Positions 13,346 to 23,557 of a stretch of 64,000 nucleotides of DNA are shown here, piece by piece (the first letter of the stretch is position 1; every line of letters begins with the position of its first letter). The DNA is from Mustelus asterias (Eukaryota), in contig NC_135808.1 in the NCBI RefSeq assembly GCF_964213995.1, forward strand, positions 7,564,001-7,628,000. Direction: 5' to 3'. Below the pieces are notes generated by a model that was given only the letters and a program-made list of their open reading frames with translations, did not search any database and had not been told where the DNA came from. The translations under genes and the position numbers were made by a program.

Positions 13346-13659
13346 ACATTTTCATCAGTCACAGTTTACCCTCTGATTTCAGCTTCTCTGCCGTTTGGCC
13401 ATTCACACCCTTTATTCTCTCTGTGGACAGCTATTATCAGTCTTTTCCCCTGGTTTCTGTGGCTATGATTCATCTTTCATTCCTTCACCCTGCAGTATAA
13501 ATATTTCCCACTTTCAATGCCTTTTAGCTTTGACAAAGGGTCATCTGTTCTCGAAACGTCAGTTCTTTTCTCTCCTTGCAGATGCTGCCAGACCTGCTGA
13601 GATTTTCCAGCATTTTCTTTTTGGTTTCAGATGCCAGCATCCGCAGTAATTTGCCTCAG
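12869..13659 (-). mobile_element. Penelope-like element with inverted pLTR spanning the assembly gap
   Basis: Minus-strand GIY-YIG remnant FQVKQRYTCTTFNLVHCIHCSQCGLLYIGETKYRLVDHFAEHLRS (13268-13085). Plus-strand pLTR 13269-13659, whose end is mirrored at 12865-12884. Direct repeat TTAATGTTAGTCTG at 12855-12868 and 13660-13673. Confidence 0.8.
12885..13084. other. Assembly gap (~200 N)
   Basis: Run of N; the round length suggests a placeholder of unknown true size. Confidence 0.98.
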
Positions 13660-13847
13660 TTAATGTTAGTCTGCCTGACTGACTGTTCGAACCTGTAGCT
13701 AAAATCAATCATTCTTACATTGCTCACAGTGACCAAGTAAACTGTCAGAACAATGTTTGTTACCAGGCTCTCAGAAACACGATGTCATTTATGTTCAATT
13801 CGTACTATGCCACAGATTCTTTGCACTGATATGTTGATATGATGATG

Positions 13848-14654
13848 GGTCAGTGGTTAGCACTGCTGCGTCACAGCTCCAGGGACCCGGGTTCAATTCT
13901 GGGTTCAATTCCAGCCATGGGTAACTGTCTGCATGGAGTTTGCATGTTCTCCCCCTGTCTGCGTGGGTTTCCTTTGAGTGCTCTGGTTTCCTACCGTAGT
14001 CCAAAGATATGCAGATTAGGTGGATTGGCCATGCTAAATTGCCCCTTAGTATCCCATTAGCGGGGCCAAAATGTGGGGTTACATGGATAGGGTTTGGGTG
14101 GGATGCTCTGTTGGAGAGTCAGTGCAGACTTGATGGGCTGAACGCCTGCTTCTGCGCTTAAGGGATTCCATGACTCTTAGATTGTTGGAAGCGCGAGTAG
14201 GGAGGGAGGGAATGGTTCCTGCGGGATATCGAAGGGGGCAGGATGGTGGGTGAACATGTCAGTTGCTATCATCGTGCTCAAGTAGGTGGAAATGGTGGAG
14301 GATGGAGAAGAGGCGAGGCGGTGGCACAGTGGTTAGCACTGCTGCCACACAGCACCAGGGATCTGGGTTCGATACCAGCATTGGGTGACTGTGTGGAGTT
14401 TGCACGTTCTCAGCGTGTCTGTGTGGTTTCCTCTGAGTACTCTGCTTTCCTCCCACATTTCAAAGATGTGCATGTTAAGTGGATTGCACATGCTAAATTG
14501 TCCCCTAGTGTCCCAAGATGTGTATGTTAGAAGACTTAGTAGGTTAAATACGTGGAGTTACGGGAATAGGGCCATGGTGGGATGCTCTGTCGGAGAGTCG
14601 GTACAGACATGATGGGCCAAATGACCTCCTTCTGCACTGCAGGGATTCTATGAT
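13848..14654 (+). mobile_element. Two HE1-type SINEs (13848-14177, 14318-14654)
   Basis: Consensus head, V domain and tail in both copies. Confidence 0.8.
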
Positions 14655-14865
14655 CTTTTGCATGCAGAAGGTAATGGTGAAAAGTGAGGAAAAGAAGGAA
14701 CATATCATTTTTCTGGGAGGGAGAGAAGTACAGATGCAGCAGAGACAGAGAAACTGGGATAGTGGGGACGTCTCAAATCATGAGATAGAATGAGATGAAG
14801 GGACTTCTCATTCAAATCCAGGTGTGATCGCCTGAATTCCCTTCTACAAGTTAGAATTCAGTTAC

Positions 14866-14900
14866 CTGTTGACTTTTCTGTGATGTATGCCACAAACTGC
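14866..14900 (-). CDS. NCR3-like receptor, exon 5 (35 nt, R-QFVAYITEKST)
   Basis: Acceptor gctttcatctccatag|, donor CAG|GTAACT; phase 2->1, open frame. Confidence 0.7.
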
Positions 14901-15721
14901 CTATGGAGATGAAAGCACATGGTTAGAAACATAGAACCATAGAAACTAGAAGCAGAAGTAGGCCATTCATACCTTCAAGCCTGCTCCACCATTCATTTTG
15001 ATCATGGCTGATCATCAAATTCAATATCCTGAGCCCACCTTTCCCCCATATCCCTTGATCCCTTTAGCCCCAAGAGCTATATCTAATTTCTTCTTGAAAT
15101 CACACAACGTTTTGGCCTCCATACATTCACCATTCTCTGGGTGAAGAAATTTCTCCTCAACCCAGTTCTAAATGGTTTACCCCTTATCTTCAGACTAGGA
15201 CCTAGAGTCCTGGACTCCCCCACCGTCGGGAACATTCGTGACAGCTTTTCATTCCAGTGCAGGTAGGAATCAGTTGTGGCTTAGTGGTAACGTTACTGGG
15301 TTGGTAATCCAGTGGCCAAGTCAGATGCTCTAAAATTCAAATTGCAACATGGCATTTAATTTAAATGTTCTATTTCGATATGGAAATAAGGGCAGCTTCT
15401 GCCATGGTGACCATGAAACTCTCATCAGTTGTCGTATTCTCTGATGACCTTTCATGATAGAAATCTGCCATCCTTACCCAGACTGGCCGACATGTGACTC
15501 CAGATCCATAGCAATGGGCTTGAGTATTAAATGCACTCTGAAATGACGTAATAATAAGCCATTGAGTTCAAGGGCATCTAGGGGTGGGCAACAAATGCTG
15601 GCCTTGCCAACAACACTTATGCTCCATCAAAGCATAAAGGAATGAAAAAGAACTTAGGGGAAATTGAGTGAGATGGACCAGCTACAGTTCAGGAGGAAGC
15701 AGAAAGCTAAGTTACACATGG

Positions 15722-16088
15722 GGTGGCACGGTGGCACAGTGGTTAACACTGCCGCCTCACAGCGCCAGGGACCCAAATCCACCCGTTCAACTCTGGTCCT
15801 GGGTGACTGCCTGTGTGTAGTTTGCACGTTCTCCCTGTGTCTGCATGGGTTTCCTCCGGGTGCTCCGGTTTCCTCCCACACTCCAAAGATGTGTAGATTA
15901 GGTGGATTGGCATGCTAAATTGCTCCTTAATGTCCTAAAATGTGTACTTTAGAGAGATTAACGGGGTCAGTATGTGCGGATACGTGGATAGGGTCAGGGT
16001 GGGAGGGTCAGGGTGGGATGGTCTATCAGAGAGTCAGTGCAGACTTAATGGGCTGAACGGTCTGCACTGTGGGGATTCTATGATTCTC
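15722..16088 (+). mobile_element. HE1-type SINE ending ~20 bp from the exon-4 donor
   Basis: Consensus head, V domain and tail. Confidence 0.85.
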
Positions 16089-16107
16089 GAAGTAATATAT
16101 GACTTAC

Positions 16108-16126
16108 CTCTGAAGGGCAATACAAG
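16108..16126 (-). CDS. NCR3-like receptor, exon 4 (19-nt cytoplasmic micro-exon, ACIALQ-R)
   Basis: Strong acceptor gttttgttcctctttgcag| and donor GAG|GTAAGT; phase 1->2 fits the neighbouring exons. Confidence 0.7.
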
Positions 16127-16477
16127 CTGCAAAGAGGAACAAAACACATTCAATCATAAACTGATTAAATTAAATCTGAATATTTAATTTACAATTTAAA
16201 ACCAGATCATTTATATCTATGTGTAATTGAGTATCAGCAATAGATATTAACATGTCGTGTCCAGGCAAACATGTAACTTTGCTAAATACTGACTCTTGTG
16301 CAAATGTGGCTCAATTTAATGAACAAATTATAAGTTGAACTTCATGACTCAGTAACTGAATGATTACACCGCCCCGCCCCCCCCCCTTTTTTTAACGTTC
16401 CTTTGACTTTTCAGCTACTACCTGAAATTGGTAATGAATATAAAAAATTTCCTAATTCTAAAACATGTTTGGGAATC

Positions 16478-17276
16478 GTGACAATAATGTGTCTTTAAAA
16501 ATGTATTTGAGCCACCTGCTTGTGCAAGATCTGTTGTAACTGTTTTATGCACTCGGAGCCATTCTGTCTACTGGCATTCTGTATTGTTGCTATAGCAGCA
16601 TAACTGCTTCTAATGTTGGTTTTAATCTGAACTAATGCTATTCTCCTGTTCTCCCCTGGGATTTTGCAGAATGGGGATTGATTGGGATGCTTGGCAGGTG
16701 TGGTCATGTGACGGGGTAGTTGGAATACACAGGATATTCAAGCTGAGGTGCTGTTTTGGAATTGGGAGAGAGCAGTGTCTTTCTTTCCCCCTCTCTAAAG
16801 TTGGAGACTGGAATCTGCCAGGAGATAAATTTCTGTCTTGGGGATTCGGCTGTAGGAGAGTTGATTCTTTCTCTGAGAGTTGCTCTTTTGGAAACTTGTC
16901 TGCATCTCTGTCCAGAAATGTTAAAAGCTGAAAATCCAGAATCACGTGAGCATACTTGTTTTTTGTGCTAACTAATTCCAAAGAAGGGTATATGTCCATC
17001 TTTTAAATTGGAACAACCAAGATAGCTAGCTGTTAAAGATTAAACTTTGTCATGTCTAAGTATTTTAATTGCTAAACGTGATGCTAATTTTTTTGTTATA
17101 TTATATCTCTGCTCTTAAATAAAATTTGTTTTGATAAAAGCTTCCTGGTGGATCACTTGAATCATACGTGCAATGAAACACTTCATGCTCACCCTAATGC
17201 CAAAATCAAATATAAACAATTAGGGTCTCGGCTAACTTCATAAAACACCCTGGAGTTTCTGGTATGGGCCTTAACA
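16478..17276 (+). mobile_element. Solo-LTR-like repeat in NCR3-like intron 3
   Basis: Ends ..ggctaacttcataaaacaccctggagtttctgg..gggccttaaCA. Homologous ends at ~45910-46638 (+) and 46766-47599 (-). Confidence 0.5.
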
Positions 17277-17299
17277 AAATAATAATCTTTTAATACATT

Positions 17300-17890
17300 A
17301 ACAGCAGGTCAAAGGCTAGGAATCCTGTGGTGAATAACTCATCTCCTCTCTCCCCAAAAGCTATCCATCACTTACAAGGCACAAGTCAGGAGTGTGATGG
17401 AATACTCTCCACTTGCCTGGGTGAGTGCAGCTCCAATAGCACTCAAGATGCTTGGCACCATCCAAGACAAGGTAGCCCACTTGATTGGTACCCCATCCAC
17501 AAAATTCATTTCCTCCACCACTGACGCACAATGACAGCAGTGTGTACCATCTACAACATGCACTGCAGCAACTCACCAAGGTTCCTTAGGCCGCACCTTA
17601 CAAACCCATGACCACTACCATCTAGAGGGACAAAGGCAGCAAATATCTGTGAACACCACCACCTGGAGGTTCCCCTCCAAGCCACTCATCGTCCTGACTT
17701 GGAAATAGATCGTTGTTCCTTCACTGTGGCTGGGTCAAAATCCTGGAACTCCTTCACGAACAGCACTGCGGGAGTACCTATGGGTATTAGTGGTTCAAGG
17801 AGGCAGCTCACCACCACCTTCTCAGGGGCAATTCGATATGTGCAGTAAATGCTGGCCTAGCCAGCGATGTCCACATTCCCTGACTCATGA
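17300..17890 (+). mobile_element. L2/Crack-like non-LTR retrotransposon, 3' fragment
   Basis: Degenerate YKAQVRSVMEYSPLAW..DTIQDKA..AVCTIY; the 3' tail (aatgctggcctagccagcga..) is shared with the second SINE family. Clade assignment tentative. Confidence 0.65.
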
Positions 17891-18335
17891 AACATATAGT
17901 CGTACTCTTAAACATGATTGGAATTATTTTTAATTATTGTTGCTTTAATTCATGAAAAGAAAGCCTGTCACTTTGGTATAACAAATTATTTTTATCTATT
18001 CTTGGGGTAGTGTTAAAGGTAAGGTCGCCATGGCCCCAGATGACCACAGGCTGCTCTCCCCTTTGAAGGGGAGAGTTGACTGGTGGTGATGTAACATGAG
18101 GATCATCACATCTAATGCGAGGTTGAGAAGGCAGGACCTTCATGAATAACTTCAGCCGGTATTGGATGCGTATATCACTGGCAAAGCAATATCAATTGCT
18201 CGTTCCTCGTTGTCAATGTGAATATGAGAATGATAGCGGTGTGGGTAAGTAATTAAATAGCGGTTATATTTCAGAAAAAAAACTGAGATTGGATTTGGAA
18301 TTCCACAAAATTTAAGTAGAAAATATAGAGAAAAG

Positions 18336-18670
18336 GGGCGGCAGTGGCGTAGTGGTATCGTCACTGGACTCGAAATCCAGGGCAAGATCTAGAGATCCAG
18401 GTTCAAATCCCGCCACGGCAGATGGTGAAATTTAAGTTTAATAAAAATCTGGAATTAAAAATCGACGGATGACCATGAAACCATTGTCGATTCTTGTAAA
18501 AACTCATCTGGTTCAGTAATATCTTTTAGGGAAGGAAATCTGTCGTCCTTAACTGATCTGGCCGACATGTGACTCCAGACCCACAGTAATGTGGTTGATT
18601 CTCCAATGTTAGGGATGGGCAATAAACGCTCGGCGGCCAGCGATGCTCCCATCTCATAAAACGAATAAAG
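18336..18670 (+). mobile_element. Second-family tRNA-derived SINE
   Basis: A box gtggcgtagtgg, B box ggttcaaatcc, same core and tail. Confidence 0.8.
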
Positions 18671-18673
18671 GAT

Positions 18674-19050
18674 AACATAAGAACATTCAATAAGATCATG
18701 GCTGATCTGATAGTGGTTTAGTTCCACGTACCCGCCCGCTCCCCATAACCCTTAATTCCCCTATTGATCAGAAATCTATCTACCTGTGACTTAAACATAT
18801 TTAACGAGGTAGCCTCCACTGCTTCAATGGGCAGAGAATTCCAGCGATTCACTACCCTCTGAGAGAAGAAGTTCCTCCTCAACTCTGTCCTAAACTGACT
18901 CCCCCTTATTTTGAGGCTGTGTCCTTTAGTTCTTGTTTCCTTTCTAAGTGGAAGGAATCTCTCTGCCTCTACCCTGTCGAGCACCTTCATTATCTTATAT
19001 GTCTCTATAAAATTTCCCCTCAGCCTTCTAAACTCCAACGAGTACAGGCC
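18674..19050 (-). mobile_element. CR1/HER1-type 3' fragment in NCR3-like intron 3
   Basis: EFRRLRGNFIETYKIM..RRNFFSQRVVNRWNSLP. Confidence 0.85.
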
Positions 19051-19157
19051 CTAACAATGAAGAACATGAAACGAGTGTATTGAAAATGTAAGTCGGACGA
19101 TAGGGCCACCGTCATAGTAATAGCAATAATAGTAATCGATTAAATGCATGAAAATAC

Positions 19158-19280
19158 CTTTATTTCTCTGCTGGAGACGCAGTAACACTATAATTAGTGA
19201 AATACAAAGCAATCCTATCACTCCAGCCGACACTCCAATAAGCACATAATTAATCGAGCATTTTACTTTTTGTGTAACAC
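19158..19280 (-). CDS. NCR3-like receptor, exon 3 (stalk + transmembrane)
   Basis: 123 nt, phase 1-1, acceptor atcattttag|, donor AAG|GTATTT. Translates RVTQKVKCSINYVLIGVSAGVIGLLCISLIIVLLRLQQRNK (~22-aa hydrophobic span followed by basic residues). Confidence 0.85.
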
Positions 19281-19684
19281 CTAAAATGATAGTGGGAAGA
19301 TAAGTTAGACAAGCATTGGCACCTCAACAAAAGAATAGCAATTTTTCCCGTTAATATTTAATGTAGTTGTTTCACACTAAGTGATGGCGGTCTCAGCAAC
19401 AGTCCTCCTTGGTGCATACATGCACATTCCCTGCAACATTCACAGACACACACAAACAGTGACAGACACGCGTGCACACTCTCACAGACACACATCTACT
19501 GACATATTTTGGCAGTCACACTCTCAGGTAGGCTGAGGCAAACACGTTATCACCGAAAGGCATATGCATACTCCCAGAGACATATACACATATCCCACCT
19601 ACACAGACATACATACAAACAGTCCCACACAGGCACATATTCTCATGCAGACATATGCACTCGCTCTCATATGCTTTGTATAGA

Positions 19685-20497
19685 TTGCTTGTGAGGCCAG
19701 ACCTGGAGTATTGTGTGTAGTTTTGGTCTCCTTGTCTGAAAAAGGGGTCCTCAGAGGAGTGCGGCAAAGGTTGATTCCTGGGTTGGCAGGTCTGTCATAT
19801 GAGAAGAGACTAATTTGGTTAGGATTATATTCATTGGAGTTTAAAAGAGTGAGAGGGGACCTCATAGAAACTTATAAAATTCCAACAGGATAAGACAGGG
19901 TAGATTCTGAAAGAATGTTCCTGATGGTGGGGGAGTCCAGAACGACTGATGACCATGAAACCATTGTCAATTGTTGGAAAAACATATCTGGTTCATGAAT
20001 GTAATTTAGGAAAGGAGATCTGCCGTCCTTGCTTGGTCTGGCCTACATGTGACTCCAGAGCCGCAGCAATGTGGTTGACCCTCAACTGCCCTCTGAAATG
20101 GCCGAGCAAGTCAGTTTCAAGGACAACTCGGGATGGGAAATAAATAAATGCTGGCCAGCCAGTGACGCCTATGTCCTATGAGTAAACAATAAAAATAGTA
20201 AGAGTCATAATTTGAGGATAAGGAGTAAATCTGTTAGGACTGAGGTGAGGAGACATTTCTTCACCCAGAGTGTAGTGAATGCGTGGAATTCACTACCACA
20301 GAAAATAGCTGAGGCCAAAACATTGTCTGGTTTCAAGAAGAAATTAGATATAGCTCTAGGGGCTAAAGGGATCAACGGATATGGGGGAATGGGGCAATCA
20401 GGATATTGAATTTGATGATCAGCCATAATCAAAATGAATGACGGAGGAGGCTCGAAGGGCTGAAAAGCTTACTCCTGCTTCCATTTTCTATGTTTCT
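19685..20497 (+). mobile_element. CR1 3' fragment interrupted by a SINE piece (~19945-20197)
   Basis: RLIPGLAGLSYEKRL..GLYSLEF..RGDLIETYK, continuing after the SINE as RRHFFTQSVVNAWNSLP. Confidence 0.8.
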
Positions 20498-21271
20498 ATC
20501 CACACACACCAATGCACACGCACACAGATACACCCTTTTACAGAGACACAGCCACGCACACATACTCACACTGTGGTACACAGAGACACACATAAACTCT
20601 CACAGGTGCAGACACACATATTTATGTGGGATTGTCTGTTTGAGAATGCATGTGTATGTGTGTGTCACACACATACATTCTTACACAGACCTGCATAATC
20701 GCAACACAAATATATCTGAACGCTCACAAATTAAGACCAAATACATAGGAACATAGAAACTAGAAGCAGGAGTAGTCCATTTGGCCCTTTGAGCCTGCCC
20801 TGCCATTCCTTTTGATCACGGCTGATCATCAAATTCAATATCCTGATTCCACCCATATCACTTGATCCCTTTAGCCCCAAGAGCAATGTCAAACTTCTTC
20901 TTGAAATCACACAACGTTTTGGCCTCGTAAGCACATGTGCATTCTCACTGAGACAGACCCACATGCATATTAATGTCCTTCAGGGAAGGAAATCTGCCAT
21001 CCTTACCTGGTCTGGCTAACATGTGACTCCAGAGCCACAGCAATGTGGTTGATTCTCAACTGCCCTCCAAGGGCAACTAGGGATGGGCAATAAGTGCTTG
21101 CCAGCCAACGACGTCTAAGTCCCACGAATGAATAATAAAACAACCACAGATATACCTCCACTCACCCTCGCACAGACGCTCACATGCATACACTTACACA
21201 GCGAAATTTTCACGAACCCAGGCAGGTACACAAAGCCACACACAGAATCAAAATTAGCACAATGTGCTTAC

Positions 21272-21598
21272 GGGTTACGGTTAGGGTGGTGCCTGCACCC
21301 TTTGTTATTTGGCCCACGTTGTTCACTCTGCAATAGTACGTTCCCGAATCGCATTCTGTGACATTTCTAATCTCTAGGCTTGTCAATATCACGTTAGGAT
21401 CTTTGGAAGTTCCCTTCTCTTCAGTTACTCTTTTCGTGTACGCCGAGATAGCCTGCCGTGCTTCCAGATCATTTTTTAGCCATGTGTAAACTTTAGGCCC
21501 AGCGATATTGATGATACAATTCATAGTAACGGAATGGCCTTCAGTCAGACTCATTGACCTAGGTGTCTGCTGTACATTTGGCTTAGCTGAGTGAACTC
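21272..21598 (-). CDS. NCR3/NKp30-like receptor, exon 2 (single VJ-type IgV domain)
   Basis: 327 nt, phase 1-1, acceptor cccgatag|, donor C|GTAAGC. Translates VQQTPRSMSLTEGHSVTMNC...YTW...LEIRNVTECDSGTYYC...KGAGTTLTVT: B-strand Cys, C-strand Trp, DSGTYYC and a J-like GxGTxLxV in one exon. The NCR3-like call rests on domain type plus adjacency to AIF1 and is not database-verified. Confidence 0.9.
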
Positions 21599-22424
21599 CT
21601 ATCGGGAATAAAGCCTCCAGTTAGTCATCACTCGTTATTCTTCCTTGCTGCTTCGATACATTAGTTAACTTGACCACAATTTGAGTTTCCTTTCCTTGAA
21701 CTTCCTCTCCGGAAGGAATTGAATCAAAGTGAATGTATTAGCTTCTCCCTATTTGCAAGCGTATTCGCTCCCTATTGTGTGGACCGCTAGTTTTCAAAAC
21801 CTTACTGGGGAGTGTGGGGCGGGGGGGGGGGGGGGGGAGAGAGAAGGATCCTGAACAGAACTGGACATGCCTTATATACCTTTCCCGGGGGCAAATATTG
21901 TTGGGCAGACGGAGGAGAAGCAAAAAAGGGGATAGTGTCGCATCAGCCGCCGCCGCGCTCGATATTATCCCCATGCAATAGCGCGAGTCTCCCGCCATCA
22001 CAGAGGGGCTGCAAATCAATCAGCTCCAGTCCCCCGCCGCCTCCCCCCGCCCCGCCCCCCGCCCTCCAGCACAACCGGAGGGGTTCAAGCCCCGCCGCGA
22101 GAACGGAAAATTTAGCGCATCAGCCAAATCTCCGTTCACTGGAGCGGGACCAGAGAATCCCTGCTGCGGGCGAGGTTGGAGAATCCGGCAGTATGGGGTT
22201 GGGGAGGGGTGAGTTTGGAACTCCACTAAAAAGGATAACGTAACACCCCCTCCCCACCTTTCCCCAAACACACACACACCCACACCTCGACCCCCACTTT
22301 CCTTTCTAAGGAGTGCACAGTTTACATACATTTAAGAGATTCACTTCAGAACGCGCCCAGCCACCCCACACAGTTAATTCTACCCAGTTTAGCAGACCTC
22401 CTCAGAACAGGAGCATTGACTTAC

Positions 22425-22485
22425 CTGTGGCGAAGAGACAGGAGGTCAGAATAAAGGCAGGCAGAGGAGACAGATTAATTGGCAT
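22425..22485 (-). CDS. NCR3/NKp30-like IgV receptor, exon 1 (signal peptide MPINLSPLPAFILTSCLFAT-G)
   Basis: ATG at 22485, 61 nt, hydrophobic leader, canonical donor AG|GTAAGT, phase 1 matching the IgV exon. Confidence 0.85.
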
Positions 22486-22539
22486 TTTCCGGTCAGTGGG
22501 GGAAAGTGCTCTCACTGGAGCGATCGCAGGACCGCCGAG

Positions 22540-22735
22540 ATCCGGCTATATTTACCAGCCCGAGTGTGGGACACTCGGATCACTGCGCACTGACTGCCAA
22601 TGCTGACAGGCAGACGCCGCTGTCTGCAAATCAGGACGAGACGGATGACAGGGTGTGAGTGAAGTGGAGTGGCACATTATTCCGCCTACAGGGCAAAGCT
22701 TCAAAACAACTCCCTTCCGCCGACCCCGCCCCCAA
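22540..22735 (-). promoter_or_regulatory. Putative proximal promoter of the NCR3-like gene
   Basis: TATA-like TAAATATA (22554-22547) ~60 nt upstream of the ATG, GC box CCCCGCCCC near 22724-22732, CpG-rich non-repetitive sequence. Confidence 0.4.
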
Positions 22736-22819
22736 CATACACACACAGCACCTGCCCCCAACCTCCCCTTCCCTCTCCTTCCGAAACTTCACTTCAGATA
22801 GGTCGTCACAGTTAGGAGG

Positions 22820-23557
22820 AGTCACAGTTAGGAGGAGTAAAGGGCAGAAGGGTAAAGTACAAGGGAGGTCTCCAGAGGTGTCTCAAAATAGGAAGGGCTT
22901 GGTGACAGGTGTGAGAGGGGAGGGGAGTGGACAGTTAGAAGAAGGGTCACCTGTGGTTGTCCCACTCCAAAACAGGTACATTGTTTTAGATAGTGTGGAG
23001 GAGTGTGCCTCTCCAGGGGTAAGACACAGTGACCAGGTCACTGGCACACAGTCAGGCTCTGTGGCCCGGAAAGGGAAGAGAGGGGTTAGGAGAGCGATAG
23101 TGGTGGGGGATGCGTCAGTTAGAGGGACAGACAGGCGATTCTGTGGGGGCGAACGGGACTCCAGGATGGTAGTCTGCCTACCTGGTGCTGGGGTCACGGA
23201 TGTCTCCGAGCGGATAGGAGGCATTTTAAAAGGGGAAGATAAAGAAACGGATGTCATTATACACATTGGTGGAAATGACGTAGATAGGAAGAGTAGGGGG
23301 GTCCTAAGAGAGCAATTCAGGGAGTTGGGAAATAGGTTAAAAAGTAGGGTCACTAGGATAAGAATAGGGAGTTGGTTCAAATGAATGCCTGGCTAAAGGA
23401 CTGGTCCAGGAGGGAGGGCTTTATTTTCATAGACCAATGGGAGGTTTTCAGGAGAGGATGGCACCTGTACAAGAGGGAGGGGTCACAACTAAGTTGGAAG
23501 GGCACAAATATCCTGGCTGGGAGCTTTGCTAATGCAGTTCGGGGGGGTTTAAACTAA
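22820..23557 (+). pseudogene. CR1 ORF1 remnant (SGNH/GDSL esterase-like), frameshifted
   Basis: AIVVGDASVRG...VCLPGAGVTDV...IHIGGND in one frame. The C-terminal NAWLKDWS...GGLN* is in another frame after a deletion near 23355-23370 (the VVISGLLPVP block seen in the second CR1 is missing). Confidence 0.85.

Noticed and set aside
14866-14900. ITIM in VAYITE
   Set aside because: Position Y+3 is Glu, not Leu/Val/Ile.
18336-18420. tRNA gene (A and B boxes)
   Set aside because: Head of a SINE continuing into the family core and tail; no complete cloverleaf or T-run terminator. The same applies to the HE1 heads.
21210-21271. Hydrophobic run KHIVLILILCVALCTCLGS after the IgV in the ORF track
   Set aside because: Lies beyond a canonical GTAAGC donor, and a proper TM exon exists at 19158-19280; an intron-retention isoform is not excluded but is unsupported.
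21272-21598. Rearranging IgNAR or TCR V segment
   Set aside because: No RSS, D, J or constant-domain exons seen; the exon splices in phase to a TM exon.
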